Counted from the first letter of the stretch, positions 46,825-57,390 are shown. The stretch is DNA of 64,000 bases from Chitinophagales bacterium (GCA_046329515.1 JAXLUM010000003.1:9606-73605); one strand, 5' to 3'. Notes: generated by a model from the sequence alone, not told the origin. A program made the numbers and translations.

Positions 46825-48306
46825 ATGCAAAAAACGGAATCCCGGATCCGAAAGCAAGACCAATTGCTGCAGTTAATCCATGCGCTTAATAGTAATGAAC
46901 GAAGGTATTTCAAGCTCTATACCGGATTGCAAAGTGGCGGTAAAAAGTATGCAGCCTTGTTTGATGTGCTTGCAGAAATGCAACAGTATGATGCCCCCGC
47001 TGTGTGCACTAAACTAAATGTTAGCCGTAAGCAACTAGGTGATGATAAAGCCTACCTGGAAGTTATACTTTTAAAAGCCTTACAAGCCTACCACGCTAAC
47101 GATAATTACCGTGCGCAAATTTTAAATGGATTGTTGGAGGCAGATATTATAGCTGCTAAGGGACTGTTTACGTATGCGCTTTCGCACTTGCAGAAATTGA
47201 AAAGAATATTTCCTGAGCACGGCAAGGATGATTTGGTGTATGTTATGCTGCTTTTGAAAGAGAGCAATTTCAAACGCAGGTCTATACCCGGTTTTTTTAA
47301 AGGGGATGCAGAAGGTAAGGCAGATGAGATAAGTGAACGGCTTGAAAATGTTTTGGTAAACACCAAGCTGACCATACTGGGAATTGAAATGGCTGATTTA
47401 GCTGATGATAATACATACATTGCAGATAAGGATGTGCTTCGAAAAGCTGCCGGCATTATCGGCAAATATCACGCGCTGGAAAAGGAAAGAAAATTCAGTG
47501 TGGGGGCGCAAATTACAGGTTGCATTCTTTTATGCAATTATTACCTGCACCTTGGGGTTGACTCAAAACTTGCTTTACAACATGCGCAAAAGGGATTACA
47601 CTTATTCAGCGCTGAATCAAAAAAGTTTAATGAGTTAAATTCCTACAACCATTACCTGCTTATAATGGCGATGTTACAGAGCTACTTTGCGCTTAATAAT
47701 GTAAAGGGCTGTGTGGAAAGTATAAACCGGTTAAAAACATTTGCGGCAGGAAAAATACCGGTTGCACTGGCTAAGCGCGCTTCGTTTTCCGCTATTAAGT
47801 TTGAAATATTAACGGCCACTGCGGCGGGCAACTATACAGCCGCTTTGAACGTTATACGCCAAACCGGCGAGCAGGCTATGCAATTAACTCCCTTTGCTGA
47901 AGATGCAGCGGTATTTACGCTTTTTGAGGCTATAAACCTTTTTCATTTGCAGCGGTACGATGAAGCCTTACAACAGCTTATGATACTGCTTGCATCGGAT
48001 GCGCCCGACCAACGCCCTGAAACCCGGCTGGGCGCACGTGTTTTAAATTTAATACTGCAGCATGAGTTAGGTAATTCTATCTCCATGCCTAATTATATAC
48101 GGGCCGATGCGCGTTTTTTTAAAACGAATAAATGGGTAAGCGAAGAAACGGAGCTGTTTATGGAATTGATAAGATATTTAACCCGCAGCAACAACAGGAG
48201 TAAGCTGGCTGAATTCAAAAGGAAATTTGAAGCTATTTATGACAACAGGCGCCTTGAGCTTATTGGCCATTTTGTGATATTGCCATGGTTGGACCGCTTG
48301 TATTAG
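46825..48306 (+). CDS. Hypothetical all-helical protein
   Basis: 493-aa ORF, helical/TPR-like by composition, with no catalytic motif recognised. Confidence 0.5.
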   Translation: MQKTESRIRKQDQLLQLIHALNSNERRYFKLYTGLQSGGKKYAALFDVLAEMQQYDAPAVCTKLNVSRKQLGDDKAYLEVILLKALQAYHANDNYRAQILNGLLEADIIAAKGLFTYALSHLQKLKRIFPEHGKDDLVYVMLLLKESNFKRRSIPGFFKGDAEGKADEISERLENVLVNTKLTILGIEMADLADDNTYIADKDVLRKAAGIIGKYHALEKERKFSVGAQITGCILLCNYYLHLGVDSKLALQHAQKGLHLFSAESKKFNELNSYNHYLLIMAMLQSYFALNNVKGCVESINRLKTFAAGKIPVALAKRASFSAIKFEILTATAAGNYTAALNVIRQTGEQAMQLTPFAEDAAVFTLFEAINLFHLQRYDEALQQLMILLASDAPDQRPETRLGARVLNLILQHELGNSISMPNYIRADARFFKTNKWVSEETELFMELIRYLTRSNNRSKLAEFKRKFEAIYDNRRLELIGHFVILPWLDRLY

Positions 48307-48392
48307 CGGCTCGCAAAATACCATAAAGCTATTTGTGGCAACAGATGTGTATATTTAAGTGGCTGCAGTTATTTAACTGCCCGTTTAACAGA

Positions 48393-49979
48393 ATGACAAT
48401 GCTATTAACTACCACATTTACTTTTTGCACGAATAGGATAAAACTGTTCAATCTGCTTTTACTTTTCTTTTTACTTATAGGCCTAATTCAAAGCTCCCAT
48501 GCTCAAAGCAAAGAAGACGCCTTAAAATCTTTTTTTTCAGCAATTGATAAGAATGGAGACATTAATGGCAGTGTTTTGGTAATGGAGAAAGGGAAGGTGC
48601 TGTTTCAGAAATCGTACGGTTACGCTGATGTACAGAATAGAATACCGAATACAGAAAACACCCTTTTTCAACTTGCTTCTGTTTCAAAAATATTTACGGC
48701 AATTGCCATTTTACAGTTGAACGAAAAAAAGAAACTCCGCTTAACGGATAAAGTGGCAATGTACTTTCCGAAATTCCCTTATCCCGATGTAAGCATTCAA
48801 CAGTTACTGTCTAATACATCGGGTATACCAAACATTGATGAAATATTGATAGAGTTCAGACAGGCTAACTCTGACACCATATTTACAATGCATGATGTTA
48901 TTCCCGCATTGCTTGAAAGCAAACTACCGCTAAACTTTAATGCCGGGGCCGGTTGGGATTATTCTAATACTAATTACGTTTTAGCTGCGCTTTTGGTGGA
49001 GAAGATTAGCGGCGAAAAGTATGGCAATTATCTTTTCAAAAACATTTTTAAACCGGCAGGAATGGTCGCTACTTTTCAAAGGGCATCGGGTGAAAATGCC
49101 TACACCCATGCCAACGTGGCTTATAATTATGCATGGCCCTATATTTCATCGCCGGCTGCTGTACGGGTTGATTCATTTGCTATTGACTATTACAGGATTC
49201 AATACCAAACATTGCCGGCAGAAGGAGATGCGAATATCTATTCATCTGTAAATGATTTGGTACGTTTTGATAAAGCCTTGAAAGGCGGTGTGCTTTTAAA
49301 CAAAAAAAGCATGAACCTTCTTTTTTCGCCGGCTACCAGCATTAAAGGGCGCATATATAGCTTTAACGGCGTAGGTTCTGAAGTGGGCGAAATAGGAAAC
49401 TTTTATTGGGGTTGCGGCAATCGTATTTTAATTGATAGCACTTACGGTAAAATTGTTTGGTATAGCGGTGGCATGCCCGGCTGCGCAACAAACATTATAA
49501 GCAATTTAAGCACGGACCAAACGCTTATTTGGCTTGACAACCGCGAAAGCAAATCGGCTATGAACAATCTTTTCGGGGCTTTCTATCTAATAAATGGTGT
49601 TCCAACTGCTGCTTTAAAAGCAAAAACACATGTAGCCGTTGCCTATGCGCAAACACTTGAACATGAGGGGGCTGACATAGCGTTCGCCCGGCTTACAGAT
49701 ATGGTTGCTGACACCGCTAACTATATATTGGATGAAGATGAATTTAATACCCTGGGGTATGAATATGATGGAAGAAATTTGAGGGGCCTTGCATTTGAAG
49801 TCTTTCGTTCTGCAATTTCATTATTCCCTGAAAGCGATAACTTATACAATAGTTATGGGGAGCTGCTCGTAAAGTCAGGAAAGAAAAAAGAGGCTGTGAT
49901 TATGTATAAAAAGTCGCTGCTTTTAAACCCTGAAAATGAAGACTCGCAAAAAAGTTTAAAACAGTTAGAAGATAACTAA
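48393..49979 (+). CDS. Serine hydrolase (class C beta-lactamase/PBP fold) with C-terminal TPR-like region
   Basis: SxxK motif (LASVSKIF), YSN motif (DYSNTNY), signal peptide. C-terminal TPR-like KKSLLLNPENEDS. Confidence 0.8.
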   Translation: MTMLLTTTFTFCTNRIKLFNLLLLFFLLIGLIQSSHAQSKEDALKSFFSAIDKNGDINGSVLVMEKGKVLFQKSYGYADVQNRIPNTENTLFQLASVSKIFTAIAILQLNEKKKLRLTDKVAMYFPKFPYPDVSIQQLLSNTSGIPNIDEILIEFRQANSDTIFTMHDVIPALLESKLPLNFNAGAGWDYSNTNYVLAALLVEKISGEKYGNYLFKNIFKPAGMVATFQRASGENAYTHANVAYNYAWPYISSPAAVRVDSFAIDYYRIQYQTLPAEGDANIYSSVNDLVRFDKALKGGVLLNKKSMNLLFSPATSIKGRIYSFNGVGSEVGEIGNFYWGCGNRILIDSTYGKIVWYSGGMPGCATNIISNLSTDQTLIWLDNRESKSAMNNLFGAFYLINGVPTAALKAKTHVAVAYAQTLEHEGADIAFARLTDMVADTANYILDEDEFNTLGYEYDGRNLRGLAFEVFRSAISLFPESDNLYNSYGELLVKSGKKKEAVIMYKKSLLLNPENEDSQKSLKQLEDN

Positions 49980-50079
49980 GTAGGCATACTGCTTACCCGC
50001 ACACAGGGCAATTACTGCCGCTAAAGAGAAAAGCCAAACATTTTACGGTTACAACTGTTTATAGCATACAACATATTGT

Positions 50080-50754
50080 ATGCTACGAGTGAAAATAGAT
50101 AATGAAGAAGCGGATGCCATTGGCGATAACCATGTAATGACCAGTACCGATACCCCCTTGAGGGCTGATGCATTTGTAATGGATGATGACCTTAAGATTG
50201 AACTGATTGAAGAGAAGTTTGCCGAGATAATGCACATACTTGGTTTGGACCTGAATGATGATAGCCTGAAAGGCACGCCGCACAGGGTAGCTAAAATGTA
50301 TGTAAAAGAAATTTTTAGCGGACTTAACCCGGCCAATAAACCTAAAATAGCGCTTTTTGAAAATAAGTACCGGTACCGCGAGATGCTGGTGGAGAAGGAC
50401 ATTTCGTTTTACAGTAACTGCGAGCACCACTTTGTGCCTATTATAGGCAAAGCGCATGTAGCTTATTATAGTAACGGATATGTTATAGGCCTTTCTAAAA
50501 TTAACCGCCTGGTGCAGCACTATGCCAAACGCCCGCAGGTGCAGGAGCGCCTTACTATGCAAATAGCCGATGCCGTTAAAGAGGCTACCCGCTCAGAAGA
50601 TGTAGCGGTTATAATAGATGCCCATCATCTTTGCGTTTCTTCACGAGGTGTAAGTGATGTTAACTCATCTACAGTTACTTCATCGTTTAGCGGCAGGTTT
50701 TTGAATGAACAGAACCGAAACGAATTTTTGGCTTACTGCGGCGTAGCCAAATAA
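50080..50754 (+). CDS. folE: GTP cyclohydrolase I
   Basis: GTPHRVAKMY, NCEHHFVPI, and HLC near the C-terminus. Length is comparable to E. coli FolE. Confidence 0.93.
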   Translation: MLRVKIDNEEADAIGDNHVMTSTDTPLRADAFVMDDDLKIELIEEKFAEIMHILGLDLNDDSLKGTPHRVAKMYVKEIFSGLNPANKPKIALFENKYRYREMLVEKDISFYSNCEHHFVPIIGKAHVAYYSNGYVIGLSKINRLVQHYAKRPQVQERLTMQIADAVKEATRSEDVAVIIDAHHLCVSSRGVSDVNSSTVTSSFSGRFLNEQNRNEFLAYCGVAK

Positions 50755-50758
50755 CGCT

Positions 50759-51679
50759 ATGGCCATGGCAGCTGCGGCAATAGAATTGAAGGGACTTGTG
50801 AAGCAGTATGGTAAACATACTGCCGTAAATAACCTTAACTTAACGGTTGAAGCGGGAAGCGTATATGGCCTGTTGGGCCCTAACGGCGCCGGCAAAAGTA
50901 CTACCATACGCATGGTGCTATCGCTTATTAAACCTACAGCCGGTTCCATAAATATTTTAGGTCAATCGTTACCGGAGGACCGCCGGCAGATAATGCGCAA
51001 CATTGGATGTATTATAGAAAAACCTGATTTTTACCAATACCTTTCTGCACGTAAAAACTTAGAGTTGCTTACCCGCATGAGCATGGTGCGGCCCGATGCA
51101 AAAAGAATACAGGAAATGTTTGCGTTGGTAGGGCTTAGCGGTAGGGAGGACGACCCCGTTAAAACATACAGCCATGGTATGAAACAACGGCTGGGCCTGG
51201 CACAAGCGCTTATACACAACCCGCAATTAATTATACTGGATGAACCTACAACCGGGCTGGACCCGCAGGGCATTATTGACCTCAGACACCTTATACTACG
51301 GTTGAAGAATGAAATGGGTAAAACCGTTGTGCTTTCATCGCACATACTTAGTGAAATTGAGCTGATAGCTGATAGCATGGCTATAATAGCCAAAGGCAAA
51401 GCTGTGGTACAGGGGCGGGTAAAAGAACTGCTAACGGATGATGATTTAATGGTATCAATAGAACCTGCGGATATGCAGGCGCTAAAAAGGGTATTGCAAA
51501 GTTCGCAGTGGGTTAAGCAGGTGCAAAGTGAGGATAATGCACAGTTGGTTATGCGCGTAAGTAAACCTGAATTACCCGCGTTACACAGTTACCTTGAAAC
51601 GCAGGGGGTGGCCCTGTTCTCCTTATCGTATAAACGGCAGCTTGAGGATTATTTTCTGAAACTTACCAATGCGGCATAA
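50759..51679 (+). CDS. ABC transporter ATP-binding protein (ABC-2 exporter type)
   Basis: Walker A GPNGAGKST, signature YSHGMKQR, Walker B LIILDEPTTGLD. Confidence 0.9.
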   Translation: MAMAAAAIELKGLVKQYGKHTAVNNLNLTVEAGSVYGLLGPNGAGKSTTIRMVLSLIKPTAGSINILGQSLPEDRRQIMRNIGCIIEKPDFYQYLSARKNLELLTRMSMVRPDAKRIQEMFALVGLSGREDDPVKTYSHGMKQRLGLAQALIHNPQLIILDEPTTGLDPQGIIDLRHLILRLKNEMGKTVVLSSHILSEIELIADSMAIIAKGKAVVQGRVKELLTDDDLMVSIEPADMQALKRVLQSSQWVKQVQSEDNAQLVMRVSKPELPALHSYLETQGVALFSLSYKRQLEDYFLKLTNAA

Positions 51680-52518
51680 TGTTACAATTGATATACGTTG
51701 AGCTGATAAAAATATTTACCAAGCCGCGCAGCTACATAGGCTTTTTGGCCATTACAGCGGTTATACTGCTTATACAGTTTGCTATTTATATTGATGGGCG
51801 CAACTACCTTGATTTTATGCTGCAAACCATGCGGCAATCGTTTGATATAAGCGGCAACATTCTTAACGGCAACCTGGTTTGTTTCATTATACTGCAAACA
51901 CTAATTATGCAAATGCCTTTAATGGTAGCCCTGGTTACCGGCGATTTAGTTTCCGGCGAAGCCGCCACCGGAACCATCCGCCTGTTGGCTACCCGCCCGT
52001 TTTCGAGGGGGCAAATTTTGTTTGCCAAGTATTGCGCCGGCGCTATTTACACCGTGGCGTTGGTGGTGTGGCTGGGTGTTTTGGCCCTTGGGGTCAGCAG
52101 GCTGGTATTCGGGCATGGCGATATTATAGTTTTGAAAACAGACTCCCTTACTATTATTCGTGATGCAGACCTGTTATGGCGCTTCTTTGGAGCGTTTTTC
52201 ATTGCGGTGCTCAGCCTTATGCTAATCGCTACTTTTTCACTAATGCTATCGTGCTTTACTGATAATTCCATAGGCCCTATAATAACAAGCATGTCGGTTA
52301 TAATTGTGTTTACCATTATAGGTACAATTGAGGTGCCCGTATTCGACCACATAAAGCCATTTCTGTTTACTACGCACATGGTTATATGGCGAAACATGTT
52401 TGACGATCCGCTGCCAGTAGCTCAAATAGCCACATCAATTGGTGTTATAATAGCGCACATAGCAGCTTTTTTGGGTATTAGTTTTTATCATTTCACCCGC
52501 AAAGATTTACTGAGCTGA
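51679..52518 (+). CDS. ABC-2 family transporter permease
   Basis: 279 aa with about 6 TM segments. Start is coupled to the ATPase stop (ATAATG). Confidence 0.75.
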   Translation: MLQLIYVELIKIFTKPRSYIGFLAITAVILLIQFAIYIDGRNYLDFMLQTMRQSFDISGNILNGNLVCFIILQTLIMQMPLMVALVTGDLVSGEAATGTIRLLATRPFSRGQILFAKYCAGAIYTVALVVWLGVLALGVSRLVFGHGDIIVLKTDSLTIIRDADLLWRFFGAFFIAVLSLMLIATFSLMLSCFTDNSIGPIITSMSVIIVFTIIGTIEVPVFDHIKPFLFTTHMVIWRNMFDDPLPVAQIATSIGVIIAHIAAFLGISFYHFTRKDLLS

Positions 52519-52519
52519 T

Positions 52520-53209
52520 ATGAAACCTGTATTTCTCTTACTGCTTGTATTGTTTACGGAATGTGTTATGGCCCAGCAACCGGCGCAGACCGTTAATGCC
52601 GCTTACAAAAATTTTAAAAGGCTGAAGGATTACAGTGCCAATGTAAAAATGGACTTTGATATTCCTTCGGTGCGTATAAAAAGTATTGAAGGCAAAGTGT
52701 ATTTTAAGCAGCCTAACCGTTTTAGAGTAAAAACAAACGGCATTATTTTTTTGCCGAACCAAAATCCTTACTACGCGCTTGGTTTTTTAGCAGATAGCAG
52801 CGCCTACACGGCTGTTGCTACCGGCACTGAAAAAATAGGAACTGCTGATTGTAAGATTATAACGGTAATTCCGCTTAAAGAAGGCGAGGTGGTACTATGC
52901 AAGTTATGGATAGATGAGGCCCGTTCGTTAATACTGCGCACACAACTTACCACACGCACTGATGGTACTATACAAATGGACAACACCTTTAGCCCAACGG
53001 CAGTGTACCCTACGCCCGATAAAATTCTGTTTACGGTTGATATGACCAAGTTTAAAGTGCCCAAAGCTATTGCGGTTGACATTAACTCTAAAACCACCTC
53101 GGGCAGTTATAACCAAAAAAGCACCGGCCACATTACGTTAAGCTTCACTGATTACAAAATCAATCAGAACCTCTCTAATTCGGTATTTGAGGAAGATAAA
53201 CAGCAATAG
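52520..53209 (+). CDS. LolA-like / outer-membrane lipoprotein-sorting fold protein
   Basis: Signal peptide. Pattern Y.A.V.M.F......IKS.EGKVYFKQPN.FRV, as in LolA/LolB-like proteins. Translationally coupled to the permease. Confidence 0.5.
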   Translation: MKPVFLLLLVLFTECVMAQQPAQTVNAAYKNFKRLKDYSANVKMDFDIPSVRIKSIEGKVYFKQPNRFRVKTNGIIFLPNQNPYYALGFLADSSAYTAVATGTEKIGTADCKIITVIPLKEGEVVLCKLWIDEARSLILRTQLTTRTDGTIQMDNTFSPTAVYPTPDKILFTVDMTKFKVPKAIAVDINSKTTSGSYNQKSTGHITLSFTDYKINQNLSNSVFEEDKQQ

Positions 53210-53263
53210 CAATTTGTTTGTAATACGGGCTGTCAGGCCCCGTCAATAATAAACAGGGGAAGT

Positions 53264-53286
53264 ACCTTGCACCAAAAGTTTGGGGA
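53264..53286. repeat. Left copy of an imperfect direct repeat bounding the A+T-rich islet
   Basis: accttgcaccaaaagtttgggga versus accttgcatcaaaagtttaggaa at 57438-57460 (20/23 matches). The related string atcaaaagtttaggaaa lies inside the tRNA-Arg gene (57552-57568). Confidence 0.55.
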
Positions 53287-53390
53287 CTTTTAGTAGCCTT
53301 AAGCACTGACTTATCGAACCTTTGGAGTTATATTCAACGGGTTGGTTTATTTTAAGACGTATTTAAAATATGTTTCAATTTATCGTTTCT

Positions 53391-53398
53391 TATATTTG
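53391..53398 (+). promoter_or_regulatory. Candidate -7 box (TAtaTTTG) upstream of the 1287-aa ORF
   Basis: tatatttg, 45 nt upstream of the GTG at 53444. Confidence 0.35.
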
Positions 53399-53443
53399 AG
53401 TGTTAAAGTTTACTCTTAATACAAGCGCATAAGTTAATAAATA

Positions 53444-56400
53444 GTGATTTACCTCTTTTTTGATAGCGATGTTTGGTTAAACTCTCTCAAAGAAAGCGGG
53501 GAGGAAGATAACTATATTGATTCATTGGAGTACTGGATTGAAAATGGGCATGTCAAAATACTACTTCCTGAAAACGTAATTGACGAATGGAAAAGAAACC
53601 GAGACAAGAAAAAGGAAACGTTTCTAGAAGATTGGAAATCCTTTTTCAACAGAGCCAAAAAGGTTTTCTCAGGGGATGTGGTAAACAATTTAATGACCCC
53701 TGAGAATCTGAATGAGAGAGTTGAGAAACAGCTCAAAAGAGTTGAAGCAATTTTTGAAAACTACGCTATAAAAATTCCAATCACCAACGATTATAAATTA
53801 AAGGCAATAGAATTAGCTGAACGGAAGAAGGCGCCTTTTGGACAAAAGAACAGCATTGGAGATGCTTATATTTTTGTAAGCATAATCGACTATATTTCAT
53901 CTAACAATCTTTCCGATTGTGTTTTTGTAACCAATAACCACACAGATTTCAGCCACAAAGGTGATTACAGTAAAATTCACCCTGATTTAGAGCCTGAATT
54001 CACTAAACTGCAAATCAGTTATTACATTAATCTCAGAAGATTTTTTCGTGAGTACTCATCTCGTCTTCCAGATGTCTCAGAATACAGAAAGCTCAAAGCT
54101 CGCAAAGAAGAAGATAAAAAACTTGCTAGTGCGGTTTTGGACCCTCAAACACTTGAGAACCTAACAGGACTAAGAGATTCTTACATTGAAAACATTAATC
54201 ACTTAGACCTAATTTTCAAAACCGTCAGTCCAACAAAGGAGCAAGTTCTCTTTGCGCTCGGGTTAGTTGATTCTGATGAAAGTTACAAGCAATACTTTTT
54301 TAAAAAAATTGAAAGTAGTGTTTGGTTTAAAATACTTAAAAGTAGCGGAGAGTTTAATCCCTCAAAGAATCCTGCCCCGATTCAGTTAAATGATGGGATT
54401 CAAGTTCCCCTGTGGGATCCGCTTGTTTACCTTGAAAAGCTTTCATTGCAAATCAAGAATGGACAGTCTCTTGAACTCATTGATGAAATAGTTGCAATCA
54501 TCAATGAAACTTCTCAAAAACCAGTTGACAATTACAAAACCTGGTATTTGTTTATCAAAATATTGGCTAATCTCCCGAAAGAAAAAATTCCAATAGAGAC
54601 ATTGAAATTCATTCCTACATGGTTTAGTGGAAGTTTTGATACAATGATGCAGAGTTCAGAGATATGCGATAATCTACTTCCAAAGTTTCTCTCTGAAAGT
54701 CCAACAACGGATGACATTCAAAAGGCAGAAGTGATTTTAAAATATCTTTTCAGTATTGAGAAAGTTGAAGTTACTGGACAGGGCAGATTAGTGACTGATG
54801 CAGAGAGCTATCACTCGAAAGTTTACATGTATTATTTAACAGATGCTTTAATTGATAAGAAGCTAACGAAAAAAATTGTTGCTTATTGTTCAGATAATAT
54901 CATTATTGAATTAGCAGAAAAAATTAAGACGCTGGGATTTGATTTTCCTGGAGGAATTAACTTTTCACTCAAAATAATAGACAAGAGCTACAGTTGTAAG
55001 GCTGAAATTGTAAATGAGGATTTGATTGTTAAGATTTTAGTGGAAGATGGAAAAATCATTGGAGAAGGAATAATAGAAAAATTTGAAAACCTTACCGACG
55101 AGCAAGTGAAAGCTTACTTAATTGCGCTTCTGGAAAAGTTAGAAGTTGTATATGAAGAGAACGAAGAAAACGAGTGGGAAATACAAATACTTACAAATGC
55201 TTTAGCAAATGGCAATTACCACTTTTCTGACGACGCAATAAGTGAATTAAATTACCGCTCCCATCACGGAGATAAAGTTATTGAAGTGTTTTCTTTAATC
55301 TTTAGGAATCTTCTAAATGATAAAGTACAACAGAATAAGGAAGAGGGGCTTTTGCTTTTAAAAGTTTTTGCCTTTAAGAATAAATACAGGTCGACATTTT
55401 TCCGTAGGGTTATTCTGTTTGTAATTAGAGAGAATTGGGAGGCATGTAGGGGTTTGTTTTGGGAAATTGTTAAAGAGAATGACTCCTTGTCGCTTTTTTC
55501 TGATTATAATTTTTATAAAGACCTGTACGAAATCCTCAATAAGAACCAAATGTTATTGCGCCAAGAAGAAATCTCGACACTTCAAAAGATAATCGATTTA
55601 GGCCCTCGGGATAAAGAAGTTGGAGACCCAAAGTATAAGGACTATTGGCAGTTGCGTTGGTATTCTGCTTTGAGAAATATTGCTCCGTTCAGAAAAAGTT
55701 ATGAAAAGCTTTCACAATCAGAAAACCTGACCAACGAACACTATGAAAATTTGGGTGTGATAAGAACCAGAGTTGGTTCGGTTTCTCCTTTTAGTGTAGA
55801 AGAAATACTTCAAAAAGGTAATCAGGATATTGTCGAATTCATTCATGCGTTCAAACCAAAAGATCGTTGGGAAGAACCAACTATTGACGGACTATCAAGT
55901 TCATTAAGTGCAGCGATCCAAAAGGAACCGCAAAAATTTTCTGATGAAATTGAACTTTACAAGGATGTACCCTACATCTATGCTTACCATATTTCCAATG
56001 GTTTTAGGGAGGCATGGAAAAATAAAAGGTCATTCAATTGGGAAAAGGTTTTGAATTTCTACAAAGAGTATATCTCAAACGAAAAATTTACATCAGATGA
56101 GCTTCGTTTAGAAAATGATGGTTGGGGGGCAACATCAGATTGGGTTTTAGGTTCAGTTGCTAACCTTTTAACTGAAGGGTTGCAATCAGACAATAATGGA
56201 TTTGATTTATCGCTTCTGCCTATTGCAAAATATATTCTTAAAATTATTGTTCCACGGTTAAGGCCAGTGGAAGACTTTAAGCAAACGAATATGGACTATC
56301 CGACCTATTCGCTGAATTCAACAGCCGGTAAAACGCTTAGAGCTTTACTTGATTATTCACTCAGGAGAGCAAGAAACTTAAAAGCAGAAGATAGTTTACC

Positions 56401-57307
56401 CTATTGGGAAAAAGAGATTAAGGCTTTATGGGAAGAAACTTTTAATAAAGGAATAATCGACGGTTACGTTATCAACGGTCGGTATTTCCAGCAATTTTAT
56501 TATTTGGATAAAGAGTGGATAACTAATAAAGTAAAAGAGTATTACAAACTTGAAGATAAGGAGTGGCGTGCTTTTATGAGTGGATTTGCCTTCGGCAATC
56601 CGCCATTTAACAAGGACATTTATCAGTTGTTTTACGCGCACTATGAAAGAGCAATTAAGAACAACATTCAGATAAAAGGTCATTATGGTCACGGTATTAT
56701 TAGACACATTGTTGCTTTTTATTTTTGGGGTTTTGAAGATTTGCAAACGGACGGCTTGCTTACAATGCTTTTCAATGAAGGCGATCATGCTAGTATTCTA
56801 GAAGTTGTAAATTTTGTTTGGAGGCAGGAGAGCTATTTGAATAGTTTGAATGGAGAGGAAGTAAAGAACTTTGAAGAAATAATTTTCAATTTGTGGAACT
56901 ACCTTGTTCAGAAGTATGACAATACAACTAGCGAAGAAGGACATGAGGTTTTAGCTGCACTTTCAAATCTTCTTGTTTTCGTACCTAAGCTAAATGACAC
57001 TTATACGGCTTTAGTTTTGAAGTCAAGCGAGGTTACCGATAAACGGTCTTATTCTCATTATCTTATTGAAAACCTTGTCAAACTTAAAGACCGTGGTGGT
57101 CTAAATGAGTCTGCTAAACATGTTGGAATTATCTTGAACTCAATGCGATTTGCTCCTTACTTTTCCTCCAATGACAAGAAACATATTATTGACTTAGTTG
57201 TATTTCTTTATGAAAATGGACAGAAGCCAATTGCCGATGAATTTTGTAACAAGATGGCAAAGCAGGGCGATGAATTTCTTATTGAGATACATAACAAATA
57301 TAGGTAA
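53444..57307 (+). CDS. 1287-aa protein: N-terminal PIN-like nuclease domain plus about 1080-aa helical region of unknown function
   Basis: GTG start. The N-terminal roughly 200 aa carry PIN signatures (IYLFFDSDVW; ...IGDAYIFVSII...; CVFVTNNHTDFS). In the remainder I recognise no P-loop or other catalytic motif. The gene is A+T-rich relative to its flanks. Confidence 0.7.
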   Translation: MIYLFFDSDVWLNSLKESGEEDNYIDSLEYWIENGHVKILLPENVIDEWKRNRDKKKETFLEDWKSFFNRAKKVFSGDVVNNLMTPENLNERVEKQLKRVEAIFENYAIKIPITNDYKLKAIELAERKKAPFGQKNSIGDAYIFVSIIDYISSNNLSDCVFVTNNHTDFSHKGDYSKIHPDLEPEFTKLQISYYINLRRFFREYSSRLPDVSEYRKLKARKEEDKKLASAVLDPQTLENLTGLRDSYIENINHLDLIFKTVSPTKEQVLFALGLVDSDESYKQYFFKKIESSVWFKILKSSGEFNPSKNPAPIQLNDGIQVPLWDPLVYLEKLSLQIKNGQSLELIDEIVAIINETSQKPVDNYKTWYLFIKILANLPKEKIPIETLKFIPTWFSGSFDTMMQSSEICDNLLPKFLSESPTTDDIQKAEVILKYLFSIEKVEVTGQGRLVTDAESYHSKVYMYYLTDALIDKKLTKKIVAYCSDNIIIELAEKIKTLGFDFPGGINFSLKIIDKSYSCKAEIVNEDLIVKILVEDGKIIGEGIIEKFENLTDEQVKAYLIALLEKLEVVYEENEENEWEIQILTNALANGNYHFSDDAISELNYRSHHGDKVIEVFSLIFRNLLNDKVQQNKEEGLLLLKVFAFKNKYRSTFFRRVILFVIRENWEACRGLFWEIVKENDSLSLFSDYNFYKDLYEILNKNQMLLRQEEISTLQKIIDLGPRDKEVGDPKYKDYWQLRWYSALRNIAPFRKSYEKLSQSENLTNEHYENLGVIRTRVGSVSPFSVEEILQKGNQDIVEFIHAFKPKDRWEEPTIDGLSSSLSAAIQKEPQKFSDEIELYKDVPYIYAYHISNGFREAWKNKRSFNWEKVLNFYKEYISNEKFTSDELRLENDGWGATSDWVLGSVANLLTEGLQSDNNGFDLSLLPIAKYILKIIVPRLRPVEDFKQTNMDYPTYSLNSTAGKTLRALLDYSLRRARNLKAEDSLPYWEKEIKALWEETFNKGIIDGYVINGRYFQQFYYLDKEWITNKVKEYYKLEDKEWRAFMSGFAFGNPPFNKDIYQLFYAHYERAIKNNIQIKGHYGHGIIRHIVAFYFWGFEDLQTDGLLTMLFNEGDHASILEVVNFVWRQESYLNSLNGEEVKNFEEIIFNLWNYLVQKYDNTTSEEGHEVLAALSNLLVFVPKLNDTYTALVLKSSEVTDKRSYSHYLIENLVKLKDRGGLNESAKHVGIILNSMRFAPYFSSNDKKHIIDLVVFLYENGQKPIADEFCNKMAKQGDEFLIEIHNKYR

Positions 57308-57390
57308 TGAAAATGCGAACCGCTAAAAATGGCTAAACAAAAAAGGGTTTCAGTATTGAATCAAGTACTTCAGCTATACTTTGGCAACAC

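Noticed and set aside
46668-46913. 81-aa minus-strand ORF between the Crp regulator and the 493-aa gene
   Set aside because: It spans the divergent promoter region, overlaps the start of the 493-aa gene, and has no supporting signal.
56300-56340. STAGKTL in the 1287-aa protein considered as a Walker A P-loop
   Set aside because: It lacks the Gly at position -5 required by GxxxxGK[ST], and no Walker B or other NTPase motif follows.
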